A stretch of 56,959 bases of DNA from Dehalococcoidia bacterium (GCA_034428575.1 DAOUHP010000114.1:1-56959); one strand, 5' to 3'. Counted from the first letter of the stretch, positions 1-9,034 are shown. Translations and numbers: made by a program. Notes: generated by a model not told the origin, from the letters alone.

Positions 1-62
1 GGTCTCCTTAAGATAAAGAGGGTACTGCAGGGTGGGGATGGGGTGTGGGGGTGGTCGCACGC

Positions 63-614
63 TCACCAATGCTCCGTACCCGGCCCGCCTTTGAACGGGC
101 CTACGATGTTTGAGGTTATCCAGCCGCCGTAGTAGCCGCCCGGCTGTGGGACGACGCGCTCGCCGTCAACAGAGCAGGCGTCCGTGCGACCCGCGTGGAA
201 GGCGAACCATCCGGCTATCGCCTCGTAGCCATCGAATGGCGACGGGTAGCACCATGCTGCGGCCTGCGCCTCGCGTCCGCGTACGCTCAGCGTCCAGTAG
301 GAGGCAACGCCTTTCCACTCGCAGAGCGTCGTGTGGCTCATAGGGCGCAGGAACACGCGCTTCACGTCCTCCGGCGGGAAGTAGTAGACCGGCGCGCCCG
401 ATGTCTCGCAGACCCGCATCCCGCGCGTCGTCTCCGCGACGACCACGCCCGCGAACTCAACGCGCAGCGCTTGCGATACGGGCTCGATCCGAGGCGGGCG
501 CGGGTAGTCCCACACAGACTCCTGGCCTGGGCCGGGCGCCTCGATGTTCGCCGTCCGCTCGCGGTGAAGCGTGCGCCAGTGAGCTGCCTCTTCTTCTGTC
601 GTTCGTTCTGCCAT
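63..614 (-). CDS. DUF427 domain-containing protein
   Basis: ORF 63..641(-). DUF427-like core (VYYFPPEDV, CEWKGVASYW, AAWCYPSP). Start moved to ATG 614 (MAERTT), which has an AAGGA-type SD just upstream. Confidence 0.7.
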   Translation of the reverse strand: MAERTTEEEAAHWRTLHRERTANIEAPGPGQESVWDYPRPPRIEPVSQALRVEFAGVVVAETTRGMRVCETSGAPVYYFPPEDVKRVFLRPMSHTTLCEWKGVASYWTLSVRGREAQAAAWCYPSPFDGYEAIAGWFAFHAGRTDACSVDGERVVPQPGGYYGGWITSNIVGPFKGGPGTEHW

Positions 615-657
615 CAGAGAGGTCCTTGCGTACCTGACCAATCAACCCCGCCCCACG

Positions 658-1231
658 CACGCAGGGCCCTTGCCCTAAGGATAGTCTGAAAAGTGCGGCG
701 TCTGCGGGCCGCCCCCGTCAATCCCGCACCGCCTGGAATCCAGGGCGTGGCGCCTGGTCCCTTCCCTCTCGATGGGGGAAGGTGAGAGCCTGCCCCGCAC
801 TTGATGCGGGGATGGGGGTGAATGGGCGGGGCGTGGGAATGAGAGGTGTTGTCATGCTGAGCGGAGCGCAGCGGAGTCGAAGCATCTCTCGGGGATGGCC
901 CGCTCGTGGTGAGCCCGTCGAACCATCCTGTCCATCCTCTCCACGCAGGGCCCTTGCCCTGAGGATAGTCTGAAAAGTGCGGCGTCTGCGGGCCGCCCCC
1001 GTCAATCCTGTCCACCCTGTCCACGCATGCCCGGCTCCCCTCTCCCTCTGGGAGAGGGGTTGGGGGTGAGGGTGAAACGGCAGGGTGGCAGTCAAGCCCA
1101 TGTGCGGGCAGCGCACGCGGTGGGGAATGAGAGGTGTTGTCATGCTGAGCGGAGCGCAGCGGAGTCGAAGCATCTCTCGGGGATGGCCCGCTCGTGGTGA
1201 GCCCGTCGAACCATCCTGTCCATCCTCTCCA
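658..1231. repeat. Composite tandem duplication: 67-nt block A (658-724, 942-1008) and 109-nt block B (835-943, 1123-1231) separated by different hairpin cassettes
   Basis: Direct reading: the A copies differ at one base and the B copies look identical. The spacers contain the perfect hairpins ccccgca-cttga-tgcgggg and cccctctccc-tctg-ggagagggg. Confidence 0.9.
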
Positions 1232-1295
1232 TCGATGTTGAATATGTGACACGCGCCCGTTGCGCGCCCGACTCACCCCTCCCTACCATGTCTGC

Positions 1296-1823
1296 ATGAC
1301 TACACAACCCGCTTCCATGCCTGACAACCGAATAGACGTAGACACCCTCCCGCCGAAGGACGCCGCATACCTCGACCGCATCGAGCGCGCCCTCCGCTGC
1401 GGAGTCCCCGGCTGCGACTGCGCCTCGGGCCCCAGGGTCCACTGTCCCTGCCACGACAACCCCCTGGTGCCCACCCTTGCCATCTCCTACGACGAGGACA
1501 CTGGCTTCTCTTTCGCATGCACCCGCTGCCCCGTGCACAGGGTCATGGAAGCCCTCGCGGAGCCCCGCCCCAACGATGGCGCGAAGACCCGTGCCGCGCA
1601 GGCCTTCCTCACCCGTGCCCTCACTGGAGGTCCCCGACCAGCAGCAGCCGTCGAGCGCGAAGTCGCCCTCCTAGGTATCTCAAAGGCAACTCTCGTCAGG
1701 GTCCGCACTTTGTGCAACGTCAAAGCCTTCCGCGTCAGCACGCCCGGAGTCCCCAGCGGTGCAGGTGCGTGGCACTGGTCCTTTCCGTCGGGAGACACTT
1801 CGCAGCAGGATGAAACAGAGTGA
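1296..1823 (+). CDS. Hypothetical Cys/His-rich (zinc-finger-like) protein with a C-terminal HTH-like segment; possible mobile-element remnant
   Basis: ORF 1260..1823(+) starts at TTG; the first ATG is 1296. It carries a CGVPGCDC...HCPCHD...CTRCPVH cluster, then GISKATLVRVRTLCNVKAF and a W.W motif. It lies between two repeat clusters. Confidence 0.5.
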   Translation: MTTQPASMPDNRIDVDTLPPKDAAYLDRIERALRCGVPGCDCASGPRVHCPCHDNPLVPTLAISYDEDTGFSFACTRCPVHRVMEALAEPRPNDGAKTRAAQAFLTRALTGGPRPAAAVEREVALLGISKATLVRVRTLCNVKAFRVSTPGVPSGAGAWHWSFPSGDTSQQDETE

Positions 1824-2069
1824 ACACCCGTCAAACTTGTAAACGGATGAGATTGTTGTTGCCTTGTTCCCCGGAAGCAGGCCACGGCCATGAAAACACC
1901 GGTCAAGGGCGGAACAAGGATCTCAAAACAGCATCCCTCTCACTCGTGGAATTCGGGAACAAGGCTCTCATCAGACCCCCCGTTGAGATTCTTGTTCACA
2001 CCCCTTCCCGCCGTTCCTGCGCAGGCAGGAACAACGCATCCTTGGGGCTGGTGGGAGCGTGGGGCGCGT

Positions 2070-2467
2070 TGACTCCCCTCTCCCTCTGGGAGAGGGGCTG
2101 GGGGTGAGGGTGGATGCCTGACTCCCTTCTCCCTCTGGGGGTGAGGGTTGGGGCGGTGCGGAGTGCCTGACCCCCCTTCCCCCTTGATGGGGGAAGGCTG
2201 GGATGGGGGTGAACAACGCGCGGGGGCCGGGTGCCTGATCCCCTCTCCCTACAAGGGGAGAGGGCTAGGGTGAGGGTACTCCGGGGGCGGGGTTGGGTGG
2301 GTGCCTGACTCCCCTCTCCCTCTGGGGGTGAGGGTGGGTGCCAGTGCGAGGTGCCTGACCCCTTCCCTCTTGATGCGGGAAGGCTGGGATGGGGGTGAAC
2401 AAGGGGCTGGTCAGCGTGCCTCGCTCCCCTCTCCCTCTGGGAGAGGGGCTGGGGGTGAGGGTGGGTG
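2070..2467 (+). repeat. Array of seven REP-like hairpin units, most anchored by gtgcctga(c/t)
   Basis: Units start near 2070, 2116, 2163, 2231, 2301, 2350 and 2416. There are three stem types (ctctccctctgggagagg, ccttcccccttgatgggggaagg, ctctccctacaaggggagag), each followed by a ggggtgaggg / gggatggggg tail. Two units lack the second stem arm. Confidence 0.9.
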
Positions 2468-2543
2468 CCGGTGCGGCATCAGGCTCGTGCTTGTGACACC
2501 AGCCCATAGCGCGGTCGCGGCCCTGTTGTGGATGATTCCTGCG

Positions 2544-3287
2544 ATGAGCGAAGTGAACGCAACGACGACCGGCGAGCGGATACTCCAGGAGCCCCGCTAC
2601 CGACCTGTCCTGATCCGCGACATGCCGGACGAGCAGCGTCCCCGCGAGCGTTTGCGCAACGCCGGGCCAGCCGCGCTGGGCGACGCGGAACTGCTCGCGA
2701 TCCTGCTGCGCACAGGCACGCGGGCGGAGAGCGCCGTCACGCTGGCCAGCCGGTTGCTGTCGGAGGCGGGCGGATTGGAGCGTCTCGCGCGCGTATCCCA
2801 CGGAGAGTTGTGCGCGTTCCACGGGTTCGGCGAGGCAAAGGCGGCCCACTTGTTGGCGGCGTTGGAGCTGGGGAGACGCATCGCCACACTGAACGACGAC
2901 GACGGTCCGCCCGTGCTCCAGACATCGGTGGACGTGGCGCGGATGATGAAGCCAATCATGGAGTTCCTGCCGCAGGAACAACTGCGCGTGCTGTCGCTCA
3001 ACTCACGGAACCAGTTGCTGGCCTCCTCCACGGTGTTCAAGGGGACGGTCAACAGTGTCAACGTGCGTCCCGTGGAAGTGTTCCGGCAAGCCGTGCAGGT
3101 GAATGCCCCGAGCGTGGTGATGGTGCACAACCATCCTTCCGGAGACCCGAGTCCGAGCGCCGCGGATGTGGCGCTGACCAGGGAGATAGCCGCCGTCGGC
3201 AAGACTCTGGACATCAAACTGGCGGACCACGTGGTCGTCGCACGGGACGGCTACGTAAGCATGCGGGACCGGCAGGTGATCAAGTAG
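2544..3287 (+). CDS. radC: RadC-like JAB/MPN domain protein (UPF0758)
   Basis: JAB motif HNHPSGDPSPSAAD plus an N-terminal HhH-like region (AELLAILLRTGT, GFGEAKAAHLLAALELGRR). The track start at 2301 lies inside the repeat array, so ATG 2544 is used (alternative 2532). Confidence 0.85.
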   Translation: MSEVNATTTGERILQEPRYRPVLIRDMPDEQRPRERLRNAGPAALGDAELLAILLRTGTRAESAVTLASRLLSEAGGLERLARVSHGELCAFHGFGEAKAAHLLAALELGRRIATLNDDDGPPVLQTSVDVARMMKPIMEFLPQEQLRVLSLNSRNQLLASSTVFKGTVNSVNVRPVEVFRQAVQVNAPSVVMVHNHPSGDPSPSAADVALTREIAAVGKTLDIKLADHVVVARDGYVSMRDRQVIK

Positions 3288-3389
3288 CGCGGCGTGCGAG
3301 GGCAGCCCTTCGCACAGGGCCCGGAGAGAGTTGGCGTATCCTAGAGCACGACGGCGCAGCCGTGACGGCGCGCCTGAAAGGAGACACGG

Positions 3390-4181
3390 ATGGCTGAAGT
3401 TTCCCGACATGAGCCCGGCATGTTCAACTGGGTGGACCTGATGACCACCGACGTGGAAAGCGCGAGGAAGTTCTACTCCACTCTGCTCGGATGCGAGACC
3501 GTCGACAACCCGGTGAGCGACGATTTCGTCTACACCCTCTTCAGCCGGAACGGGAAGAACATCGCGGGGATGTCCCCGATGATGCCGGACATGCTGGACC
3601 AGGGAGTGCCTCCCCACTGGAACTCCTACGTTGCGGTTGAGGATGCGGAGGCGGCTGCGGAGAAGGCGATCGGTCTGGGTGGGACGGTGATCGTGCCGCC
3701 TATGGACGTGATGGAGTTCGGGCGGATGGCCGGCATCATCGACCCGACCGGTGCCGTCCTGAATCTGTGGGAGGCGAAGGCGCACATCGGCGCAGACCTC
3801 ATCGGCGAGGCCGGCGCGTTCTGTTGGGCCGAGCTGTACACCCACGACACCGAAGCGGCGGGCAACTTCTACTCCGGGTTGTTCGGCTGGGAGCTGGAGC
3901 AGGTACCGGGAGCGGGCGGTATGCCGTATAACCTCTTTACGAGCGGAGGTGCGCCCGCGGCGGGGATGCTCGCCATTCAGCCGATATGGGGCGAGGTCCC
4001 GCCGAACTGGACGGTTTATTTCGGGGTGGAGGAACTGGATGCGGCGCTGGAGCAGGTGACGGCGATGGGCGGCAGCATCCAGGTGCAGCCGATGTCCGTG
4101 CCGGGGATAGGGAAGCTCAGCCTCATCGCCGATCCCCAGCACGTCTACGTGATGCTCATCGAGTTGGAGCAAGCGGCCTGA
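3390..4181 (+). CDS. Two-domain VOC family protein (glyoxalase/bleomycin-resistance/dioxygenase fold)
   Basis: Two similar halves (FNWVDLMTTDVESARKFYSTLLGCE and FCWAELYTHDTEAAGNFYSGLFGWE). AAAGGAG SD upstream of the ATG. Confidence 0.8.
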   Translation: MAEVSRHEPGMFNWVDLMTTDVESARKFYSTLLGCETVDNPVSDDFVYTLFSRNGKNIAGMSPMMPDMLDQGVPPHWNSYVAVEDAEAAAEKAIGLGGTVIVPPMDVMEFGRMAGIIDPTGAVLNLWEAKAHIGADLIGEAGAFCWAELYTHDTEAAGNFYSGLFGWELEQVPGAGGMPYNLFTSGGAPAAGMLAIQPIWGEVPPNWTVYFGVEELDAALEQVTAMGGSIQVQPMSVPGIGKLSLIADPQHVYVMLIELEQAA

Positions 4182-4196
4182 CGCGGCTCCAGGGCA

Positions 4197-4228
4197 GGAG
4201 CAGGCAGTCGCCAATGCCTGCCTGCTCC
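4197..4228 (+). terminator. Hairpin downstream of the VOC gene (no T-tract)
   Basis: 11-bp stem ggagcaggcag / ctgcctgctcc with a 10-nt loop. Confidence 0.3.
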
Positions 4229-4251
4229 GGATGTGAGGTAGACCGAGCGCG

Positions 4252-6018
4252 ATGGAACTGGGAACCGAGCTGTTCGACGACATCGTCGTCATACTCGTAG
4301 CGGCAGGAGCCGGAGGGCTCGGCGCGCGCCTCCTCCGTTTGCCTCCCATCATCGGCTACCTCGTGGCCGGCGCGGTGGTCGGGCCACATGCGCTGGGCAT
4401 GGTGACGCAGTTGGAGGATGTCCAGACGCTGGCCGAGTTCGGCGTCATTCTGCTGCTGTTCGCCGTAGGCGTGGAGATATCGCTGTCGGACCTGCGCCGG
4501 CTCGGGTGGCGGGTGCTGGTAGCCAGCGTGGGCCAGATAACGCTGACGATAGCCGTGGGATACGGCATCGGCACGGCGCTCGGTTGGGATGCGCGCGCGT
4601 CGCTCACCGCGGGCATGGCGCTCTCGCTGAGCAGCACCATGGTCGCACTGAAGACGCTGAACGACCGCGGCGAGCTGGGCACGCTGCATGGGCGTATGGC
4701 GGCGGGGATGCTGCTCGTGCAGGACCTTGCATTCGTGCCCATGATGGCCGTGATCGGTGCGCTGGGAGGCGAGGGCGAGTCGCTCGCTACCGAGCTGGCC
4801 GTCAGTGCGGCGAAGGCAGCCGCCATCCTCGCAGTGGTGTGGTTCGTGGGTTCGCTCGGCCTCCCGTGGCTGCTCAAGCGAGTGGCGCTGGTGGGAGCGC
4901 GGGAATCGTTCGTCGTCACCGTGATGGGGGCGGCGCTCGGCGCGGCGGCGCTCACGTCCTGGGCCGGGCTGTCCGCGCCGCTGGGGGCGTTCGTTGCCGG
5001 CCTGGTGCTGAGTGAGTCGGACTGGGCGGGACGCCGTGCGCTCTCCGAAGTCATCCCGGTCCGAGACGTCTTCGCCGCCTTGTTCTTCGTGTCGCTGGGC
5101 ATGCTGACAGACATCGACTTCCTGGCCTCGCATCTGGGGGAGGTGGCGCTCTTCATCGGAGCGTCGATCGTGGTCAAGCTCCTCCTGATCCACACGCTTA
5201 CCCGGGCATTGGGATACCTGCCGGACACGGCAGCCCGCACCAGCTTCCTGATGATTCAGATAGGCGAGTTCAGCTTCATCGTGGCGGGCACAGCGGTTGC
5301 CTTGGGAGTCGCGAGCGAAGAGCTCCTGTTGCTGATCATCACGGCGGCGGTGGTGACGATGGGCATCACGCCGGGATTCGTAGGGCTGGCATCGAAGGTG
5401 CTGACGTCCCTGGGGGCGCGTTCCTCCTTCTTCGCGCGGCACCTTGCGGGGGCGGCGGGGGCGGAATCGACGTTGGAACGCGCGCCTGCACTGCGGGGGC
5501 ACGTCGTGGTCGCGGGGTACGGACGCGTGGGCTCATTCATCGTGCAGGAGATCAGGCGTCTCGGATTGCCCTACATCGCCATCGAATCCGACCCGGCGAT
5601 CCTCTCGCGCGAGATCGCAAACGACGACTCGCTCATCTACGGCGATGCCACGAACGACGCAGTGCTGACGGCGGCGGGGGTACAGCACGCGCGGCTGTTC
5701 GTCGCGGCGCTTCCAGAGCACGTGTCAGCGCTCGTTGCGGTGCAGCATGTGCGGCGGCTCAACCCGGAGGTGCGCATCGTGAGCCGGGCCGGGCGGGCGG
5801 AGGAAGTGCGCGCGCTGGAGGACAACGGGGCCGACGCCGTGGTCTGGCCGGAGCTGGAAGCGGCGCTGGAGATGATGCGCGTCTCCCTGCTGGACGTTGG
5901 CGTGGCGAAGCCGGTGGTGGAAGAACTCGTCGAAGAGGCCCGCGCCGAGCTGGGCGAATGGGCCCCGGACGACGATGAGTCTCCGTCCTCAGGCGATACT
6001 CACGGTTCGTCCGTGTAG
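4252..6018 (+). CDS. CPA2-type cation:proton antiporter with a C-terminal RCK/TrkA-N domain (Kef/YbaL-like)
   Basis: Long polytopic hydrophobic N-terminal region followed by the Rossmann motif HVVVAGYGRVGSFIVQEI and an acidic tail. Confidence 0.85.
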   Translation: MELGTELFDDIVVILVAAGAGGLGARLLRLPPIIGYLVAGAVVGPHALGMVTQLEDVQTLAEFGVILLLFAVGVEISLSDLRRLGWRVLVASVGQITLTIAVGYGIGTALGWDARASLTAGMALSLSSTMVALKTLNDRGELGTLHGRMAAGMLLVQDLAFVPMMAVIGALGGEGESLATELAVSAAKAAAILAVVWFVGSLGLPWLLKRVALVGARESFVVTVMGAALGAAALTSWAGLSAPLGAFVAGLVLSESDWAGRRALSEVIPVRDVFAALFFVSLGMLTDIDFLASHLGEVALFIGASIVVKLLLIHTLTRALGYLPDTAARTSFLMIQIGEFSFIVAGTAVALGVASEELLLLIITAAVVTMGITPGFVGLASKVLTSLGARSSFFARHLAGAAGAESTLERAPALRGHVVVAGYGRVGSFIVQEIRRLGLPYIAIESDPAILSREIANDDSLIYGDATNDAVLTAAGVQHARLFVAALPEHVSALVAVQHVRRLNPEVRIVSRAGRAEEVRALEDNGADAVVWPELEAALEMMRVSLLDVGVAKPVVEELVEEARAELGEWAPDDDESPSSGDTHGSSV

Positions 6019-7127
6019 CCCGCCATCTGCGAGGCAGCACCGCGCTTGGCCAGCTCCTGCTCGAAGTGCGCCCGTATGGCCGGGTCCTCTTCCTTGAATT
6101 GTATCTGCGGCCCGCCCGTGTTCTTGTAGCGGGCGCCGACGTATCCCGCGTACCGGGGGTTACCGTAGCGCAAGACCAAGTAGCGGATCGGCTCCGCGCT
6201 GCAGTTGAAGTGCTGGTGATAGCCGGTGCCGGGCGACATGAGCGTTCCTGCCGTGTAGTCCAACTGCTCCCATTCCGTCCCCGGCGTGGGGTGAACGCCT
6301 TCCGGCCATTGCAGGTCGTATCCCTCCCCGCTCAGGAAGAGGTAGGCCACGTCGGACACCAGCCCCGCGCGCTTGCGGTTCGCCTCGCCGGTATGCGCCT
6401 TTTTGTAGGTCCCCGCGGGGAATTCGGAGAGGTGGCAGATGAAATGGCCGTTGGCCATGTTGATCATCATGTTCTCGCCGGGCCCACGGGCGGTCCACCG
6501 GTCCAGCACGACGTTGTGTACGTTCGGGATGAAGTTCGTCTCCATGAACCGGTCCTCGATCTTGGACGTCTTCCCGCTGAAGTACAGTTCGTCCGTGGGG
6601 TCGAACCGGTCGGGGAACGTCATGGGGCAGTCGAAGATGAGTTCGGGGCTGCCGTAGAGGTTGAAGGCGGTGGGAGCGTTGGTCGCGCCGTACAACCGCA
6701 CGGTCTCGTCGCCGCTGGCGTTGTAGAGCTCGTGCCAGGCGTTGAGGGGGATCGAGAAGACGCTCCCCTCCTGCCATTCGAACGTCTGCCTTGGCTGGCC
6801 CTCGTACCAGACGGAGGTCGCACCACGCCCCTTCAGGACGAAGAATATCTCCTCGTACATGTGGCGCTCGACGTTGAAGGTACCGCCCGGCGGTATCTCG
6901 CAGACGAACCGTATGGTCCCCTGGTTGTTTATCAGTGCGCCTTCCAATGGGTCGGCCGTGAGGTCGAGCAGCGCGGCGTTGGTGCCGGTGCGCCCCCACG
7001 GTTCGACGCCGATGGTGTGGATGTTCTCGACGAGCTGCTGCGTGTGCACCTTCAAACCCTCGTCGCTCACCCATTTCTCATAGGGTGTGAGTGACCAGGG
7101 CTCGTAGCGGTCGACGAAAGAGACCAT
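6000..7127 (-). CDS. Bicupin protein (dioxygenase-like)
   Basis: Two cupin motif-2-like segments (GSVFSIPLNAWHELYN and GTLMSPGTGYHQHFN). GGGAGG SD upstream of ATG 7127. The 3' end overlaps the convergent antiporter gene by 19 nt. Confidence 0.7.
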   Translation of the reverse strand: MVSFVDRYEPWSLTPYEKWVSDEGLKVHTQQLVENIHTIGVEPWGRTGTNAALLDLTADPLEGALINNQGTIRFVCEIPPGGTFNVERHMYEEIFFVLKGRGATSVWYEGQPRQTFEWQEGSVFSIPLNAWHELYNASGDETVRLYGATNAPTAFNLYGSPELIFDCPMTFPDRFDPTDELYFSGKTSKIEDRFMETNFIPNVHNVVLDRWTARGPGENMMINMANGHFICHLSEFPAGTYKKAHTGEANRKRAGLVSDVAYLFLSGEGYDLQWPEGVHPTPGTEWEQLDYTAGTLMSPGTGYHQHFNCSAEPIRYLVLRYGNPRYAGYVGARYKNTGGPQIQFKEEDPAIRAHFEQELAKRGAASQMAGYTDEP

Positions 7128-7276
7128 GTGCGCCTCCCAGTGTTGTCCGGTTGGGCGGAGTATACCCTCGCGCCAGAGAACACGCGCGGCGCAAGCGTGA
7201 AGGTGCTACGCTATCGCCGCAGGTCGCTCATCGACCGGCGCGTGAAGAGTTAGGGCAAGCCGGGAAGGAGGCAGTC

Positions 7277-7669
7277 ATGGTGCAGCAGGCAGAGAAGTTG
7301 CAGATCAAGACGACAGGCATAGACCACGTGGTGCTCTGGGTGAACGACCTCCCGCGCGCCAGGCGCTTCTACATGGACGTGCTCGGCATGAGCGTCGGCC
7401 ACGAGAACGACTGGCAGTGCTTCCTGCGGTGCGGCGAGTACGACCAGATAGCGCTGTTCGACGCGGCGCGCATCGACGGCGCGTCCAGCGGGCGCGAGTT
7501 GAACCACATGGCGCTCCGCATGGAGCCCGCAAGCTACGAGGAGACGAAGGCGCGGATCGAAGCGGAGGGGATCGCGGTTCGGGGCCGCACGGGCGACCCG
7601 ACGTGTATCTACTTCGACGACCCTGACGGCCACACGCTCCAACTCCTGTACAAGGGACATGACGGCTGA
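7277..7669 (+). CDS. VOC family protein (glyoxalase I-like, single domain)
   Basis: IDHVVLWVNDLPRARRFYMDVLGM ... IYFDDPDGHTLQL. The track start at 7091 is an Arg-rich extension. ATG 7277 has a GGAAGGAGG SD. Confidence 0.8.
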   Translation: MVQQAEKLQIKTTGIDHVVLWVNDLPRARRFYMDVLGMSVGHENDWQCFLRCGEYDQIALFDAARIDGASSGRELNHMALRMEPASYEETKARIEAEGIAVRGRTGDPTCIYFDDPDGHTLQLLYKGHDG

Positions 7670-8832
7670 TGACGGCCGTGCAAGAGGCCGCGCGAGCCGC
7701 CGTCGACGCCGCACGCGATGAGTTGACCTCCCTCAGCCGCCGGATCCACGCGCATCCCGAACTCGGGTACGAGGAGGAGCAGGCGTCCGGTTGGCTTGAG
7801 GAAACGCTGGACGCCGCGGGCTTCGCCGTCGAGCCCGGCGTGTGCGGCCTGCCGACCGCGTTCCGCGCAACGAAGGGCTCCGGCCCGCTGCACGTCGTGG
7901 TCTGCGCCGAGTACGACGCCCTGCCCGGCATCGGGCACGCCTGTGGGCACAACGTCATCGCGGCGAGCGCGGTCGGCGCAGGCATCGGCGCTGGGTCTGT
8001 GGCGGACGATGCCGGACTCACCGTCACGGTGATGGGCACGCCAGCGGAAGAAGTGCTGCGCTCCGGCGGCAAGATACGCCTGCTGGAAGGCGGCGCGTTC
8101 GATGGCGCTCACGCCGCAATGATGGCGCACCCCGCTCCTTGGGACGTGGCAGTCTGGCCCATCGTCGCGGCGTCGTTCTTCGAGGTGCACTACGAAGGGA
8201 AGGCGGCGCACGCGTCCGGTTTCCCGGAGCAGGGCATCAACGCCGCCGACGCGCTCACCATCGCCCAGACTGCCATCGGCCTGCTCCGCCAGCACATCCG
8301 CTCCACGGACCGGGTCCACGGCATCGTCACGCACGGCGGCGACGCGTTCAACATCATCCCCGCCCACGCGTCCGCGGACTACGCGGTTCGCGCCATCACG
8401 CTGGACGACCTTACAGAGGTCTACGACAAGGTAATGCGCTGCTTCGAGGCAGGGGCGCTGGCCACTGGCGCCCACCTCAGGGTCATCGGCGGCGACAGAC
8501 CGTTCGCGCACCTCGAGCACGACCTCGAGATGGCGGCGGCTTACCAGCGGAACGCTGAGCAACTGGGGCGCAGGTTCCCGGTTCCGGGTGAGCCGAGCCC
8601 CGCGACGCCGGTATCGACCGACATGGGCAACGTGTCGCTGGCCCTGCCCTCCATCCACCCCGCGATAGGGATCGAGTCGCTCCCCGCGGTGAACCACCAG
8701 CCGGAATTCGCCGCAGCCTGTGCCACCCCCGCAGCCGACCAGGCGCTCTACGATGCCGCGGTCGCCATGGCGTGGACGATGCTGGACATGGTCGAGACAC
8801 CAGCGCTGCGGGAACGTCTGCTGGCGAAATAG
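7669..8832 (+). CDS. M20 family metallo-hydrolase (amidohydrolase/peptidase M20D-like)
   Basis: RRIHAHPELGYEE and GIGHACGHNVI motifs. TGATG one-base overlap with the preceding gene. Confidence 0.85.
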   Translation: MTAVQEAARAAVDAARDELTSLSRRIHAHPELGYEEEQASGWLEETLDAAGFAVEPGVCGLPTAFRATKGSGPLHVVVCAEYDALPGIGHACGHNVIAASAVGAGIGAGSVADDAGLTVTVMGTPAEEVLRSGGKIRLLEGGAFDGAHAAMMAHPAPWDVAVWPIVAASFFEVHYEGKAAHASGFPEQGINAADALTIAQTAIGLLRQHIRSTDRVHGIVTHGGDAFNIIPAHASADYAVRAITLDDLTEVYDKVMRCFEAGALATGAHLRVIGGDRPFAHLEHDLEMAAAYQRNAEQLGRRFPVPGEPSPATPVSTDMGNVSLALPSIHPAIGIESLPAVNHQPEFAAACATPAADQALYDAAVAMAWTMLDMVETPALRERLLAK

Positions 8833-8863
8833 CCCCGCCGTCGGCAAGAGCGCGGTAAACGAA

Positions 8864-8890
8864 AGAGCGGGAGCCTGTGGCTCCCGCTCT
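8864..8890. terminator. Bidirectional hairpin between convergent genes
   Basis: Perfect 12-bp stem agagcgggagcc-tgt-ggctcccgctct followed by tctct. Confidence 0.6.
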
Positions 8891-8914
8891 TCTCTAAGTT
8901 GCTCGCAACTCAGG

Positions 8915-9007
8915 CTAGAAGGCAAGCACGACTATCAGGACGAGTACGACCGTGATGATGATGCCTGCGGTCACTGTGCCTTTGACGGTGTCGAGTGGGT
9001 TCTTCAT
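8915..9007 (-). CDS. 30-aa hydrophobic peptide (MKNPLDTVKGTVTAGIIITVVLVLIVVLAF)
   Basis: Not in the ORF track (under 60 aa). It has an ATG with a GAAAGGAAG SD upstream and one predicted TM helix. It lies 27 nt downstream of the 4-TM gene. Confidence 0.45.
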   Translation of the reverse strand: MKNPLDTVKGTVTAGIIITVVLVLIVVLAF

Positions 9008-9034
9008 GATGAAGCTTCCTTTCTCGTGCTTGAC

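Noticed and set aside
614-1276. 220-aa and 151-aa minus-strand ORFs, and the 63-aa plus-strand ORF, across 614-1276
   Set aside because: Their sequences are internally duplicated only because they translate the duplicated repeat blocks. The same applies to the ORFs at 1820-2216 and 2265-2981(-) over the hairpin array.
2070-2467. Possible CRISPR array
   Set aside because: The units are of three different sequence types and variable length. The intervening segments are short G-rich tails shared between units rather than unique spacers. No cas genes or leader are present, and copies are dispersed singly elsewhere in the window.
2301-2543. N-terminal extensions offered by the ORF track for radC, and similarly 7091-7276 (VOC), 15233-15496 (hemC), 24390-24587 (methyltransferase) and 11779-11979 (hem-operon orphan)
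   Set aside because: The extensions are Arg/Pro-rich, overlap neighbouring genes or repeats, and lack SD sequences. Internal ATGs with good SDs coincide with the family-typical N-termini.
3003-5502. Two ~450-aa minus-strand ORFs (3003..4352 and 4156..5502)
   Set aside because: They are antisense to the VOC and antiporter genes, and the hydrophobic TM periodicity is present only in the plus-strand frame.
7609-8925. 438-aa minus-strand ORF
   Set aside because: It is antisense to the M20 hydrolase.
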